From Desulfonatronovibrionaceae bacterium (GTDB lineage: Bacteria; Desulfobacterota; Desulfovibrionia; Desulfovibrionales; Desulfonatronovibrionaceae): 52,209 nucleotides of DNA. Location of the stretch: positions 1 to 52,209 of the forward strand of contig JBKHGE010000012.1 of NCBI GenBank assembly GCA_046539845.1, given 5' to 3'. The number at the start of each line of letters is the position of its first letter. Position 1 is the stretch's first letter. Below are positions 19,832-31,193 of the stretch, in pieces. Both the position numbers and the translations under genes were made by a program. The notes below the pieces were generated by a model. That model was not told where the DNA came from and did no database searches. It was given only the letters and a program-made list of their open reading frames with translations.

Positions 19832-20698
19832 TCACTCACCCAAAAGCTCCAGCAGATATTGTCCGTATTCGTTCTTGGAGTACGTATCCGCCAGGCGCTT
19901 AAGCTGCTCCCGTCCGATATACCCGCGGTGATAGGCTATCTCCTCCACACACCCGATCTTAAACCCCTGCCTGGCCTGAATGGCCTGAATAAAGCTGCTG
20001 GCCTGATGCAGGGATTCGTGCGTCCCGGCATCCAGCCAGGCATAGCCCCGGCCCAAAACTTCCACATGCAGGGAACCGCGCTCCAGATAGGCGGAATTGA
20101 CATCGGTTATCTCCAGCTCTCCCCGCGGGGAGGGAGTCAGTGTTTCGGCAATATCCACAACCTGATTGTCGTAAAAATAGATCCCGGGGACGGCGTACTT
20201 GGATTTCGGCTTTTGCGGCTTTTCCTCAAAACCAAGCACCGTGCCCCGGGGATCAAATTCCACCACCCCGTAGCGGCTGGGATTTCGGACCGGATAGCCG
20301 AACACGATTCCACCCTGTTCCAGCCCGGCGCAGCGTTTAAGCACCGAGGAAAGTCCCTCCCCGTAGATAATATTGTCTCCCAGGACCAGACATACCGAAT
20401 CCGGGCCGATAAAATCCCGCCCCAGGACAAAGGCTTGGGCCAGGCCTTCCGGGCGAGGCTGAACTTTATAGGAAAAACTGACTCCAAAGGCACTGCCGTC
20501 GCCCAGGACCTGTTCAAAGCGCGGGATGTCCTGAGGAGTGGAGATGACCAAAATATCCCGGATCCCGGCCAGCATCAGAACAGACAGGGGATAGTAGATC
20601 ATGGGTTTATCATAAACCGGCATCAGCTGCTTGCTGACACCCAGAGTGAGCGGGTACAGCCTGGTCCCGGAGCCTCCGGCCAGAATTATTCCTTTCAT
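19832..20698 (-). CDS. rfbA: Glucose-1-phosphate thymidylyltransferase
   Basis: [41 protein letters not shown] and WLDAGT motifs. Confidence 0.96.
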   Translation of the reverse strand: MKGIILAGGSGTRLYPLTLGVSKQLMPVYDKPMIYYPLSVLMLAGIRDILVISTPQDIPRFEQVLGDGSAFGVSFSYKVQPRPEGLAQAFVLGRDFIGPDSVCLVLGDNIIYGEGLSSVLKRCAGLEQGGIVFGYPVRNPSRYGVVEFDPRGTVLGFEEKPQKPKSKYAVPGIYFYDNQVVDIAETLTPSPRGELEITDVNSAYLERGSLHVEVLGRGYAWLDAGTHESLHQASSFIQAIQARQGFKIGCVEEIAYHRGYIGREQLKRLADTYSKNEYGQYLLELLGE

Positions 20699-21056
20699 GA
20701 TAGCCTCCTGCATCAATCCTGATTTACTGGATACCTCGTCACTATTGTTATCTTGCGCCTGGTGCCCGGCTTAATCCCGGGCTCATAATTCCCTACTTTC
20801 CCGGCCGGACAAAGACAAGAGATGAAATTCCGAGATTTTGCCGCTTGGCTTGACCATCCTTGCCTCCAATCCTATTTGCCGCTAGGCTGCCTTCCACGGA
20901 AGGCTAACCGACCTTATGTAAGAGTAAAAGCTGGTCTTGAAATCCGCAACGGCTGGATCTGACTCATTATTTTGCTTTTAATACAGCTAAACATCGCCAT
21001 GAACCAAAGACTATGTACTTATTACCGGCCTATCTGACTCAAACAGAACCAAAGCC

Positions 21057-22622
21057 ATGACCCACATGCAAAGAAAAGACCTTTTCCAAGATTTTTCGGA
21101 AAGAAACATATACCGGGCCGCCTGGCTGGTAATCATATTCACTACCCTGATCCGGGTGGGTTTCATCCTCTTCGGCCAGACCGACCTGTTTACTGACGAA
21201 GCCCAGTACTGGGACTGGAGCAGGACCCTGCAGCTTTCCTACTATTCCAAAGGCCCTCTCATAGCCTATTTTATCCGTTTCTGGACGGCCGTATTCGGCA
21301 ACACCGAACTGGGGGTTAGGATCGGTGCCTGCGTGAACACCCTTCTCATGCAGGTTCTAATCTTCTATTTCCTGGCCCGGGTCTGGAGGCGGCCCAAAAC
21401 AGCCCTTTTGAGCCTGATCGTGGCCAATACCATGCCCGTATTCCTGGCCACCGGCATACTCATGACCACGGACAACCTGCTTTTGCTTTTCTGGTTGGCC
21501 GCGCTTATCACCTTATACAAACTCGCGCTTAAGCCTTGCCCGGGCAAATTTATACTCCTGGGCCTGTTTGTCGCTGCCGGCACCCTGGCCAAATACACAA
21601 TGCTTTTGTTTATACCCCTGGCCCTTGTCTATCTCTTTTTGCTCCTGCGCAAGGAAAAAACCCCGGCCGGACTGTGGCCAGGAACGCTTATCTCCCTTTT
21701 TGCCGGTGCGATTCTGGGCAGCCTGCCCATTATCCTCTGGAACATGCAAACCGGCTTTGCGGGTATAAAGCACGTCCTGTACCGCGGGGGTATGGCCGGG
21801 GATGGCGCTTCCGTTTTGTTCGCTCCCAAATATTTCTTTGAATTTCTGGGCGGGCAGGCGGGGATAATTTCCCCGTGGTGGTTCATGTTTTTGATGATCG
21901 CCGCAGTCATCATCCTGGGAGCGCTCTTCAAGGGAAGCGAAAACAAACTGGGGCTTAACCGCAATCAGGGTCTCCTCCTCAGCGTTTTCTTCTGGCCGGT
22001 CTGGATTTTCTTCCTCCTGTGGAGTCTACGGGCCAAGGTGGAGCCCAACTGGCCGGGCGTGAGCTTCTGCGCCGGGATAATTCTGGCCACACTCGGGCTG
22101 GAGATGGTTTCCCGCAAGCAGAAAAAAATCTGGATATCCCTGGGAGTTGTTCTTTTCTGCCTGACCTACAGCCTGGGGCATCTGCCCCTGCCCCGGGATA
22201 TGGATCCGGCCACGCGCCTTCGGGGGTGGGAACAGGCCGGGGAAAAGGCCGGAGGACTCAGGCAAAACCGCTTTCCCGATCCGGCCCGGGTTTTCTTTTT
22301 AAGCGACACCTACGGACCGACCTCGGCTCTGTCTTTCTATGTTCCCGGCCAGGACCGGGCCTTTTGCGTAAATACCGGCCGCAAGCTGAACCAGTACGAC
22401 TTTTGGGATTCTCCACAGGATAAAACCGGCTGGGATGCGGTGTACATGGAATGGGACGAGGAACACAGCGCCCCGGAGGAACTAGAAAACATGTTCTGTG
22501 AGATAAAGGGTCCGATCATAGTCAACACCGGGGAAGCTGGGAAAAGCGGAGTGACAGTCACGTTCTTCCTCTGCTATGATTATAATGGCTTTTGGCCGGA
22601 CCCGGAGCATGAGACCTTTTAA
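21057..22622 (+). CDS. ArnT/PMT-like GT-C membrane glycosyltransferase
   Basis: DEAQYWDWS...YYSKGP, many transmembrane segments, AKY and NWP motifs. Confidence 0.85.
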   Translation: MTHMQRKDLFQDFSERNIYRAAWLVIIFTTLIRVGFILFGQTDLFTDEAQYWDWSRTLQLSYYSKGPLIAYFIRFWTAVFGNTELGVRIGACVNTLLMQVLIFYFLARVWRRPKTALLSLIVANTMPVFLATGILMTTDNLLLLFWLAALITLYKLALKPCPGKFILLGLFVAAGTLAKYTMLLFIPLALVYLFLLLRKEKTPAGLWPGTLISLFAGAILGSLPIILWNMQTGFAGIKHVLYRGGMAGDGASVLFAPKYFFEFLGGQAGIISPWWFMFLMIAAVIILGALFKGSENKLGLNRNQGLLLSVFFWPVWIFFLLWSLRAKVEPNWPGVSFCAGIILATLGLEMVSRKQKKIWISLGVVLFCLTYSLGHLPLPRDMDPATRLRGWEQAGEKAGGLRQNRFPDPARVFFLSDTYGPTSALSFYVPGQDRAFCVNTGRKLNQYDFWDSPQDKTGWDAVYMEWDEEHSAPEELENMFCEIKGPIIVNTGEAGKSGVTVTFFLCYDYNGFWPDPEHETF

Positions 22623-22773
22623 GATGCGACTGCAAAAAGTATTTTGAACTCGCATACAGACAGAGTAAGGGACAAACAAAAAATTTTGCCCTTGCCCTTG
22701 TTGCTCCTGGTGTTTGACGGTCGGTTACTTTTCCCGGAACTTAAGAAACCTGGTGCAAACTTACGGATTGGAA

Positions 22774-23376
22774 ATGTATTTTCAGACACCGGCATGGGAC
22801 CTATGGCTTTTTAAGCAGGCAAACATGGCCTGGCGCCATCCGGCTTTGGACTGGCTCATGCCTGTTATTTCCGGCCACGCCCTGTGGGTTGTCCTCCTCT
22901 GCGTATTTCTCATTTATTCCCTGTACAAAAAAGACCGCAAACGGGTGCTCCTTATCCTGGCTCTGGGCGCGGCCATAGGCCTGAGCGATATGAGCGCCAA
23001 TATCTTCAAGGATGCGGTAGGTCGGGTGCGGCCCCTGAACAAAGTAGCCGGGACCTGGCTGCACGAGGACGGGAGATGGCAGAAAAGACCGGCGGATTTC
23101 AAGCGGCAAAAGGAGGACGGCACTTCCTATCCCTCGTCGCACGCCGCCAATGCCGCGGCCGCAACCTGTCTTGTCTTCATATTCATTCCCGGAACCCGGA
23201 AGTGGATATGGATCATCCCGCTTGTCATCGGGTATTCGCGTCTGTATCTGGGCAAGCACTTTCCCACCGACGTTCTGGCCGGATGGGTATTCGGACTGGG
23301 CCCGGGATTTGTGTGCGCCTGGATCTATTACTCCATCAACTCAAGACTACCTGAATGGACAGCAAAAACAGAATAA
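22774..23376 (+). CDS. PAP2 family phosphatase
   Basis: K-x6-RP (KDAVGRVRP), SYPSSH and [12 protein letters not shown] motifs. Confidence 0.9.
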   Translation: MYFQTPAWDLWLFKQANMAWRHPALDWLMPVISGHALWVVLLCVFLIYSLYKKDRKRVLLILALGAAIGLSDMSANIFKDAVGRVRPLNKVAGTWLHEDGRWQKRPADFKRQKEDGTSYPSSHAANAAAATCLVFIFIPGTRKWIWIIPLVIGYSRLYLGKHFPTDVLAGWVFGLGPGFVCAWIYYSINSRLPEWTAKTE

Positions 23377-23831
23377 TCACCGTTGATGAGTTCCACCGTA
23401 TATACCCCCGGGGAGAAAAGCGCCCGATAACCGTATTCACCAACGGGTGTTTCGACATCCTGCATCCCGGCCATGTGGACTATCTGGAACGGGCCTCCGC
23501 CCTGGGCGATATCCTGGTGGTCGGTCTGAACAGCGACCGCTCCGTAAAAAACATAAAGGGAAACTTTCGCCCGGTTAACCGGGAGGAGGATCGGGCCCGC
23601 GTCCTGGCCGCTCTGGCCTGTGTTGATTTCGTGATCCTGTTTGATGCCGACACCCCGCTTGAACTTATCCGAAACCTGGTTCCGGACGTTTTGATCAAGG
23701 GAGGGGACTGGCCGGAGGAAAAGATCGTCGGCCGGGACACGGTCATAAAGGCCGGGGGGCGGGTCCTTAGCCTGGATCTTTTGCCCGGTTACTCCACAAC
23801 CGATTTAATAGACAGGATCAAGCATGGCTAG
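23355..23831 (+). CDS. rfaE2: D-glycero-beta-D-manno-heptose 1-phosphate adenylyltransferase
   Basis: [24 protein letters not shown] and GYSTT motifs. Confidence 0.9.
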   Translation: MDSKNRIITVDEFHRIYPRGEKRPITVFTNGCFDILHPGHVDYLERASALGDILVVGLNSDRSVKNIKGNFRPVNREEDRARVLAALACVDFVILFDADTPLELIRNLVPDVLIKGGDWPEEKIVGRDTVIKAGGRVLSLDLLPGYSTTDLIDRIKHG

Positions 23832-25605
23832 GCCGGAAGACTTCCGGGACAAGCGGATAAAATACAATCTGCGCACCCTTATCCCCATCCTGGAAAAATC
23901 CGGGCTGGTGGACGAAGCGCGCAAAAAGCTCATCGCCTCCCGGGCCCAAAAAGCACAGCTGCCCGCGGAAAGCGAGCAGGGGTTGGATTTTTTGCAGCGG
24001 CTGGGGCTGCGGGTAACCCGGGACAACCGGGAGATGATCCTGGACGAGGAGCTCATCCTGCGCACCCTGGCTGAACACTTCGGCCTGGAATTCAAAAAAG
24101 TCGATCCCGTGGAAACGGATATAGAAATATCCACCCAGACCATTTCCGAAAGCTTTGCCCGCAAGAATGTCCTGGTCCCGATAAAGGCCGTGGAGGGGGA
24201 GCTGCACGTTTTGGTCTTCAACCCCTTCCGTCCCGAACTGTGGGAAGACATGCACCGGGTCACCGACCTTCCCTGCCGTATCTTTTTGGGGACCAGGAAG
24301 GACATTTTGCGGCTGATTGATGATTTTTACCAGTTCAAGCTCTCCATCCGGGCCGCGGAAAGGGAATTCGCCTCCAGCAACAATCTCGGGGACCAGGAAA
24401 GCCGGGTTGAGGTGGCAGATAAAACGGACGCCTCCTCGCAGAAGCATATAATAAAGGCGGTGGATTATCTGCTGCGTTCCGCCATCCGGGAAAGGGCCAG
24501 CGACATCCACCTGGAGCCCAAACGAAAATCCGCACTGGTCAAATACCGCATAGACGGTATCCTGCATACTATGTACCGCATCCCGCAGATCGTGCACCAG
24601 GCCATTTTGAGCCGGCTCAAGGGCATGTCCAGAATGGACATAGCTGAGAAAAGGCGCCCCCAGGACGGCCGGGTCCAGCTCGTTCTGGAGGAAATCCCCA
24701 CGGATGTGCGCATATCCACCGTGCCCATCGCCTTTGGGGAAAAAATGGTCATGCGCCTCCTGTCCAGCGAAAGTACCCTGAAGCCCCTGGAAGAGCTGGG
24801 TATGAACAAAACCCAACAGAAGACGTACCAAAATTTTCTGGACCAGCCCTACGGCCTTTTGCTGGTCACCGGGCCGACCGGGAGCGGAAAATCTACCACC
24901 CTGTACTCCACCCTCAAGCGTCTGGCCGATCCCCGGCTGAATATCATCACCCTGGAAGATCCCATTGAGATGGTTGTGGACGAATTCAACCAGATCGGTA
25001 TCCAAAGCCGAATAGGGGTAACCTTTCCGAGCATGCTTCGGCATATCCTGCGCCAGGATCCGGACATTATAATGATCGGGGAGATGCGCGATCTGGAAAC
25101 CGCGGAGCAGGCCATACAATCCGCTTTGACCGGGCACTTGGTCCTTTCCACCCTGCACACCAACGACGCCCCGTCCGTATTTCCCAGACTGCAGGAGATG
25201 GGGGTGGAAAATTATCTGATAAACTCCGCACTCATAGGAGCGGTAGCCCAGAGACTGGTCCGGACTATTTGTCCTCACTGCCGGGTCCGCCGGGAAATAA
25301 CCAAAAAGGACAAGCTGAACTGGGGGTTGCAAGAGGAGCTTAAGGGTACGGATTTCCTCTGGGAAGGGGAGGGATGTCCGGAATGCCGCAAAACCGGCTA
25401 TTTAGGACGCTCCGCCCTGTTCGAGATCATTTCCTTTGACCCGGAGCTGAAGGAAGCGGTCCGAAACCGGGCCGAACTGTGGGAATTCCAGAATATCGCC
25501 CGTTCCAAGGGCATAAAAAGCCTATTTCAAGACGGGCTGGACAAGGTCAAGCAGGGCTCAACCACAGTAAACGAAGTCTTGCGTGTGGCCGGACATGCGG
25601 AGTGA
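23824..25605 (+). CDS. GspE/PilB-family secretion or pilus assembly ATPase
   Basis: [47 protein letters not shown] and CPHC...CPEC motifs. Confidence 0.92.
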   Translation: MARPEDFRDKRIKYNLRTLIPILEKSGLVDEARKKLIASRAQKAQLPAESEQGLDFLQRLGLRVTRDNREMILDEELILRTLAEHFGLEFKKVDPVETDIEISTQTISESFARKNVLVPIKAVEGELHVLVFNPFRPELWEDMHRVTDLPCRIFLGTRKDILRLIDDFYQFKLSIRAAEREFASSNNLGDQESRVEVADKTDASSQKHIIKAVDYLLRSAIRERASDIHLEPKRKSALVKYRIDGILHTMYRIPQIVHQAILSRLKGMSRMDIAEKRRPQDGRVQLVLEEIPTDVRISTVPIAFGEKMVMRLLSSESTLKPLEELGMNKTQQKTYQNFLDQPYGLLLVTGPTGSGKSTTLYSTLKRLADPRLNIITLEDPIEMVVDEFNQIGIQSRIGVTFPSMLRHILRQDPDIIMIGEMRDLETAEQAIQSALTGHLVLSTLHTNDAPSVFPRLQEMGVENYLINSALIGAVAQRLVRTICPHCRVRREITKKDKLNWGLQEELKGTDFLWEGEGCPECRKTGYLGRSALFEIISFDPELKEAVRNRAELWEFQNIARSKGIKSLFQDGLDKVKQGSTTVNEVLRVAGHAE

Positions 25606-25639
25606 AAGACAAAAAATCCATCTCCTTGGGCAGTCCGTC

Positions 25640-26401
25640 CTACTTCCGGAACCCGTGGCTGAACTGCGGGGAATATAAGCTGGAGCGCGACCCGCCTTCT
25701 CCACCGGGAAGGACCAAAAAAACCGTCTGCCCGGTGGCGTGCATCCGCCGGGCGGTTTCAGCCATTTCTCTGAGACGGCAGATACTTACCGTTTCACCGG
25801 GCCAGCCCACCCGATGACCGACAACCACCTTTGTCTCCGGGTCCAGCCCGGCCCTTAAAAGCTTTTTCTCCACCTGCGCGGCCATTGTTGCGGACAGATA
25901 AATGGCCATGGCCGCCTTGCTTTTGGCCAGGCGTTCCAGGTCCTGGGACTCCGGGACCGGGGTCCTGCCCCCGGCCCGGGTAAAAATCAAGGTCTGGTTC
26001 TTTTCCGGAGAGGTAAAACAAACCCCTGCCTGTGCGGCAGCGGCAAAGGCGCAGGTCACGCCGGGAACTATCTCAAAGGGGACGCCCTCTTCAGCCAAAA
26101 GGCCTATTTGCTCCAGGATCGCGCCGTACAGGGACGGGTCTCCGGTATGCACCCGGACCGCTCCCCGCCCGGAGTGCCAGGCGCGGACTAAAAACTCGTG
26201 CGTTTCTTCCAGAGTCATCCCGGAGCTGTCCCGGATATTCGCATCCGCGGGGCACTCGGAAAAAAGCTCCACCGGGACCAGGGATCCGGCGTACAGGATA
26301 TTGTGGGCGGCATCTATGAGTTGTTTGCCCTTGACCGTGATCAGCCCCGGATCCCCGGGTCCGGCGCCGATAAAATAGACCTTTCCCGGGTCTGCTATCA
26401 C
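25640..26401 (-). CDS. cobM: Precorrin-4 / cobalt-precorrin-4 C11-methyltransferase (CobM/CbiF)
   Basis: YFIGAGPGDP, YAGSLV, RVHTGDPSLYGAI, GRTPVPE and SSLYSPQFSHGFR motifs. Confidence 0.92.
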   Translation of the reverse strand: MIADPGKVYFIGAGPGDPGLITVKGKQLIDAAHNILYAGSLVPVELFSECPADANIRDSSGMTLEETHEFLVRAWHSGRGAVRVHTGDPSLYGAILEQIGLLAEEGVPFEIVPGVTCAFAAAAQAGVCFTSPEKNQTLIFTRAGGRTPVPESQDLERLAKSKAAMAIYLSATMAAQVEKKLLRAGLDPETKVVVGHRVGWPGETVSICRLREMAETARRMHATGQTVFLVLPGGEGGSRSSLYSPQFSHGFRK

Positions 26402-27717
26402 TTGGACACCACCTGCTTTAGCCTGGCCCAGCTCTCCTGCAGGTCCTGTTTCTCGTCCACCGGTTGCTGCAAAAAATCCCGGATGGGACCGATCATATCC
26501 AGGGCCGCGTCAATCTCCGGGCTGTTCCCCCGGACGTAAGCACCGATATTGACCATATCCTCCACCCGGCGATAGGTAGCCAGATTACGGATAAGCTCCC
26601 GGCCGTCTTTCTGCACCTCCTCGGGGACTATGTCTGTGCGTAGCCGACTTATGCTTTTCAGCACGTCCACGGCCGGATAATGACCCTGATCGGCCAGCTC
26701 CCGGGTCAGGACTATATGCCCATCCAAAATGGAACGCACCGCATCGGACACGGGCTCGTTGAAATCGTCTCCGTCCACCAGCACGGTGTATATCCCGGTT
26801 ATGCTCCCCTTCTCGTTTTTGCCCGTCCTTTCCAATAGACGGGGGAGCTGATTGAACACAGAGGGCGTATACCCCTTTGTGGTCGGGGGCTCGCCTGCGG
26901 CCAGGCCTACCTCACGCGCGGCCATGGCAAATCTGGTCACCGAGTCCATCATCAACACCACATTTTTGCCCTGATCCCGGAAATACTCGGCCACAGCTGT
27001 GGCCGAGTAAGCCGCCCGCATGCGGATAAGCGGGCTCTGGTCCGAGGTGGCCACCACCAGAACCGAGCGGGCCATGCCCTCCGGCCCCAGGTCCTTTTCC
27101 ATGAATTCCAAGACCTCCCGGCCGCGCTCTCCGACCAGGGCAATCACGTTTACGTCCGCCTCGGTATACCTGGCGATCATGCCCATCATAGTGCTCTTGC
27201 CCACACCGGACCCGGCCATAATCCCGATTCTCTGTCCTTTGCCCAGGGTCAAAAGCCCGTTTATGGACCGCACACCCACATCCAAGGGCTCATCAATGCG
27301 CGGTCGCTTCAAGGGATTCAGGGGGTCGGCGTAGATGGGATAATATCGACGGGGAGTGATCTCCGCCTCCCCGCTTAAAAGATTGCCAAAGGCGTCCAGG
27401 GTCTGTCCCAAATACCTTTTGCCCACCGGGAACACCGGGGGCATGGCTGCGTTGCGGATAAGAGAACCCGGCTTTACGCCCCGCATCTCCCCATAGGGCA
27501 TAAAAAGCACCCGGCCCTCGCGGAAACCAACCACTTCCGCGTTAATCGCCTCGGACTCGTCACCGTCTGCCGGGATCAGCCTACACATAGAACCGAGCGG
27601 GGCCTTGAGTCCTTTGCCCTCGACCACCAGGCCGACCACCTTACATACCTTCCCGAATACCCGTGTGGGGTCTAGATCCTGCAGGAGCTGTGCTCCGCTT
27701 GCTGGTTCCAGGGTCAT
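26398..27717 (-). CDS. fliI: Flagellar export ATPase FliI
   Basis: AGSGVGKS, GERGREV, MDSVTRFAMA and ILDGHIVL motifs; follows fliH. Start chosen at MTLEPASG. Confidence 0.93.
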   Translation of the reverse strand: MTLEPASGAQLLQDLDPTRVFGKVCKVVGLVVEGKGLKAPLGSMCRLIPADGDESEAINAEVVGFREGRVLFMPYGEMRGVKPGSLIRNAAMPPVFPVGKRYLGQTLDAFGNLLSGEAEITPRRYYPIYADPLNPLKRPRIDEPLDVGVRSINGLLTLGKGQRIGIMAGSGVGKSTMMGMIARYTEADVNVIALVGERGREVLEFMEKDLGPEGMARSVLVVATSDQSPLIRMRAAYSATAVAEYFRDQGKNVVLMMDSVTRFAMAAREVGLAAGEPPTTKGYTPSVFNQLPRLLERTGKNEKGSITGIYTVLVDGDDFNEPVSDAVRSILDGHIVLTRELADQGHYPAVDVLKSISRLRTDIVPEEVQKDGRELIRNLATYRRVEDMVNIGAYVRGNSPEIDAALDMIGPIRDFLQQPVDEKQDLQESWARLKQVVSK

Positions 27718-27825
27718 CTGCACCATCCGTAGACAGGATTCGGCCCTGCGGGCCTGATAATCAAAATCTGCCTTTTTACTCGTCTCAATTGATACCGGAC
27801 CTTTTTCTCTCAAACGCGAAACGGT

Positions 27826-28533
27826 CTACTCCGGCTCCAAAGACACCTGATCCAAAACGGCCCGGACCGCTTCCAGGCGTGCATCCAGGCTATTGTCCAC
27901 CATGCCGCTTTCATCTTCCACTACCACACCACCCTTTTTCAACTCCTGGCTGGCGACCACCTGTACGCTTCCCAGCGAGGGCCTGCTCTCCCGCAGACGT
28001 TCCACGCCTTTGGCTACGATCTCTTTGTCCTCCTCACAGACCCGGACCGTTATCTCCCGACCGGACTCCAGCAGACTGACCGCCTCGTCAAACAGGGCAA
28101 AAAGGATCTTTTCCCGCGCCTCCTCCATCTGCCAGCCCAGGACCTTGTCCACAGCCGCCCGCAAAAGTAAAACCAAGTCCTGGCGATAAGCGGCACAGAT
28201 CCTTTGCTGCTCACCGGATATATCCGCAAGCGCCCGGCCAATTTTGTCCGCGAGCTCCTTTGATTCCTTCTCCCGCTCCGCCCGGGCCTCTTCCCGGCCT
28301 GCGGCCAGGCCTTCCTCGTAGGCCCGGGCCTTGATCTCCTCTCGCTCCTTCATGGCCGAGGCTATAACCTCCCGAGCGGCATCCCGGGCCTTTTCTTTGA
28401 CCCTCTGGATGAATTCCGACTGTGAGCGCTCGTCCAGCCAGTGAGAATCCTCACTATGCTCCATATCCTGCAGGTCCCGACTCTGCAGGCCGATAATCAC
28501 CCGACCGCCGGGTCCGGAACTAGACAAGGACAT
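27826..28533 (-). CDS. fliH: Flagellar assembly protein FliH
   Basis: AYEEGLAAGREE repeat and GGVVVEDESGMVDNSLDAR; lies between fliG and fliI. Confidence 0.88.
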   Translation of the reverse strand: MSLSSSGPGGRVIIGLQSRDLQDMEHSEDSHWLDERSQSEFIQRVKEKARDAAREVIASAMKEREEIKARAYEEGLAAGREEARAEREKESKELADKIGRALADISGEQQRICAAYRQDLVLLLRAAVDKVLGWQMEEAREKILFALFDEAVSLLESGREITVRVCEEDKEIVAKGVERLRESRPSLGSVQVVASQELKKGGVVVEDESGMVDNSLDARLEAVRAVLDQVSLEPE

Positions 28534-29536
28534 CCCCGCCTCCCTTGCCGGCGATAATGATCCGACCCTCCGCCTCCAGGCGACGGACGACCTTGACAAT
28601 ATTCTGCTGGGCGGCTTCCACGTCCGAGAGCCTTACCGGCCCCATGATCTCCAAATCCTCGCGGATCATATTCGCAGCCCGTTCGGAAAGATTGCCAAAG
28701 AACTTTTCCTGCAGTTCCTCGGAGGCCGCCTTCAGGGCCATAGTCAAATCGTCGTTGCTTATCTCCTTTAGCACCTCGCGCACCGCCCGATCGTCCAGAT
28801 CAACGATATCATCGAACACGAACATGAGTTGTCTGATCTCTTCGGCCAGCTGGGAGGACTCTTCCTCTATATCCGAGAGCACCTCTTCCTCTACGCTACG
28901 GTCCACAGCATTAAGAATCTCGGCCACTGAGGAGACGCCACCAACCTTTTTGCCCTCTTTTCCGCCCATGGCCAGGACCTGGCTCTGCATGACCTTGTCT
29001 ACTTCCATGAGCATATCCTCGGGCACGGCCTCCAGTTTGGCCAGGCGCATCAGCACTTCAGGGCGCACTCCAGGGGAAAGGTTCTGAATCAATTCTGCAC
29101 CGCTTTCCGGGGGCAGATGCCCGACTATCAAGGCCAAAGTCTGGGGGTGTTCATTCCTGAGAATCTGGGCCAGGAGCTTGGGGCTTACGTTGGAAAGCTC
29201 CTTGAACGGGGCCGGGCCACTGTCCAGATCCAGGGTGTCCATCACATACTTGGCCGTATCCGAGTCCAGGTTCTGGGAGACCAGTTTTTTGACTTGTTCT
29301 GGCCCGCCGAGGATCATCTCCTTGCCCAGGGCCAGAGTATCATTGAACTCCTTTAAGACTTCCTCGGCCACTTCTTTGGGCACGCTGTCCATCTCCAGCA
29401 TGGCCTTGGACACCTTGGTCACCTCGTCCTTGTCCAATCTCTTAAAGACCTGGCTGGTGAAGCTGTCTCCCAGGGCGAGCATCAAAATGGCCGTTTTCTG
29501 AGCCCCGGTCAGGTTCCTGTACTCTATTTCCGGCAC
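28520..29536 (-). CDS. fliG: Flagellar motor switch protein FliG
   Basis: EHPQTLALI, GGVSSVAEIL, MFVFDD and GPVRLSDVEAAQ motifs. Confidence 0.96.
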   Translation of the reverse strand: MPEIEYRNLTGAQKTAILMLALGDSFTSQVFKRLDKDEVTKVSKAMLEMDSVPKEVAEEVLKEFNDTLALGKEMILGGPEQVKKLVSQNLDSDTAKYVMDTLDLDSGPAPFKELSNVSPKLLAQILRNEHPQTLALIVGHLPPESGAELIQNLSPGVRPEVLMRLAKLEAVPEDMLMEVDKVMQSQVLAMGGKEGKKVGGVSSVAEILNAVDRSVEEEVLSDIEEESSQLAEEIRQLMFVFDDIVDLDDRAVREVLKEISNDDLTMALKAASEELQEKFFGNLSERAANMIREDLEIMGPVRLSDVEAAQQNIVKVVRRLEAEGRIIIAGKGGGDVLV

Positions 29537-31138
29537 CTATTTCTCCTCCTCACGCAGCCACTTCTTGACCACGCTGTAGGCCTGATCAAAATTCTCATCC
29601 ACCAATTGAGTGGCCATCTCCCGGACCCCCTGTACTCTCTTCTTGGCGTCCATCCCGGCCATCTCTTCCTCGGTCATGCCTTCGGCCAGGGCCATACGCT
29701 CCTCGCCGCCGGGCAGTCCGCCGCGTTCCCCGCCTTCCTCCTCAGAGACGCGGGGCCTGAGGATGGTCAGGACAATGGGCCGGACCACCAGAAGGAGGAA
29801 GAGAAGGACCAAGAGGGTATTCAAAAGCGGCTTGCCCACTATGTCGAAGTACCTGGAGACGCTGTCCATAATTGTCGGCTCCGGGGCCTTCTGCGGGGGA
29901 CCGAAGGCAATATTGCTCACCTCCAGACTGTCTCCACGAACCTCGTCAAAGCCGACTGCCCTTTGTACCAGTTCCCTGATCCTGTCCATTGTGGACTCCG
30001 GCAGGGGCTCATATTCGTACTCCCCTTCGCCCCCTTGAGCATACTTGCCGTCCACCAGGACCGCAACACTTAAGCGGTCCACCTTGCCCACCGGGCTGAC
30101 AATATTTTGTTCTTCCTTGTTGATCTCAAAATTGGTGGTGGAAGAGGTCCGGGTCGACTCCTGGTTGGTTTCGGTGCCGGTGGCCTCATCCTCGCGGTAC
30201 TCAGCCTCCGGGATCCCGGACTCGGCGTTGGTAGTGCCCCTGGTGGTCTCGTCCGATTGCTGCTCGCTTCTGACCACAGAGCTGTCCGGATCGTAGAGTA
30301 CCTTGTGCGTCTCTCGCTTGCTGAAATCCAGGTCCGCGTTCACTTTGGCTATCACCCCCTGGGCCCCGACAATGGGCCGCAGGATGTCCTGTACCCGGCG
30401 TTCCAGGGTGTTTTCCACCTTGCTCTGGTACTCGAGCTGCGAGCTGGAAAGGCCGGCCAGACTCTCCTCGCGGGGCTCGTACAAAACCTGTCCGCGGGTA
30501 TCGGAAATGGTCACATTGTCCTTGTCCAGACCCTCCACTCCGCTGACAACCAAATTGACAATGCTTTGTACCTGTTCCTCGTTAAGCTTCCTGCCCTGCT
30601 GCAGGTTGACCACGATCGAGGCCGAGGTGGGGTCCTGATCCTCAATAAACAGGCTCTGCTCGGGCAGGACCAGGTGGACCCGAGCGGAGCTCACCGCCGG
30701 ATATCCGGATATGGTCCGGGCCAGCTCCCCCTGCAGGGCACGCTGGTAATTGACATGCTGTACGAATTCGGTCTGCCCGATCTTGGTCTCGTCAAAGAGT
30801 TCAAAGCCAGTGCCCTGGCCGTGCATAATGTCCTTGCCGGCGATGGACAGCCGCAGCTTATACACCTGGCTGGACGGAACCATGATGGTCCGGCCGTCAT
30901 CTTTGAGCTTGTAGTCTACATTCTCCTTGTCCAGGACTTCCTTTATCCGGGCGGCATCCTTGGGGTACACGTTAGAGTACAGCACCTTGTAGTCAGTGCT
31001 GTTTATGTACACAAGGAGAACGACAAAGGCGATCACTACCGAGGCCAAAAGACCGAACATCATTATCCTCTGGGCCAGTGAACTCTGACCCCACAAGGCA
31101 ATCATTCTTCCCCAGATATCGTTCAAAAACTGCGGCAT
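29537..31138 (-). CDS. fliF: Flagellar M-ring protein FliF
   Basis: GFELFD, YQRALQGELARTI, ARVHLVLP and RLSVAVLVDG motifs; two transmembrane segments. Confidence 0.95.
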   Translation of the reverse strand: MPQFLNDIWGRMIALWGQSSLAQRIMMFGLLASVVIAFVVLLVYINSTDYKVLYSNVYPKDAARIKEVLDKENVDYKLKDDGRTIMVPSSQVYKLRLSIAGKDIMHGQGTGFELFDETKIGQTEFVQHVNYQRALQGELARTISGYPAVSSARVHLVLPEQSLFIEDQDPTSASIVVNLQQGRKLNEEQVQSIVNLVVSGVEGLDKDNVTISDTRGQVLYEPREESLAGLSSSQLEYQSKVENTLERRVQDILRPIVGAQGVIAKVNADLDFSKRETHKVLYDPDSSVVRSEQQSDETTRGTTNAESGIPEAEYREDEATGTETNQESTRTSSTTNFEINKEEQNIVSPVGKVDRLSVAVLVDGKYAQGGEGEYEYEPLPESTMDRIRELVQRAVGFDEVRGDSLEVSNIAFGPPQKAPEPTIMDSVSRYFDIVGKPLLNTLLVLLFLLLVVRPIVLTILRPRVSEEEGGERGGLPGGEERMALAEGMTEEEMAGMDAKKRVQGVREMATQLVDENFDQAYSVVKKWLREEEK

Positions 31139-31193
31139 ACGAATTCTCCATCCGATTTCGGGCTCCAATCAATTCCGGGCCCGGTCCAATTTA

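Noticed and set aside
20717..21056. 340-bp intergenic region as a possible ncRNA or riboswitch
   Set aside because: Only a short hairpin (GCCTTCCACGGAAGGC) and no motif I recognise; consistent with divergent promoters. An Rfam search would be needed to exclude it fully.
23818..25332. 504-aa minus-strand ORF, and similar long ORFs at 19823-20722, 30107-31081 and 42349-44084
   Set aside because: Antisense shadows of well-supported genes (GspE, rfbA, fliF, SMC).
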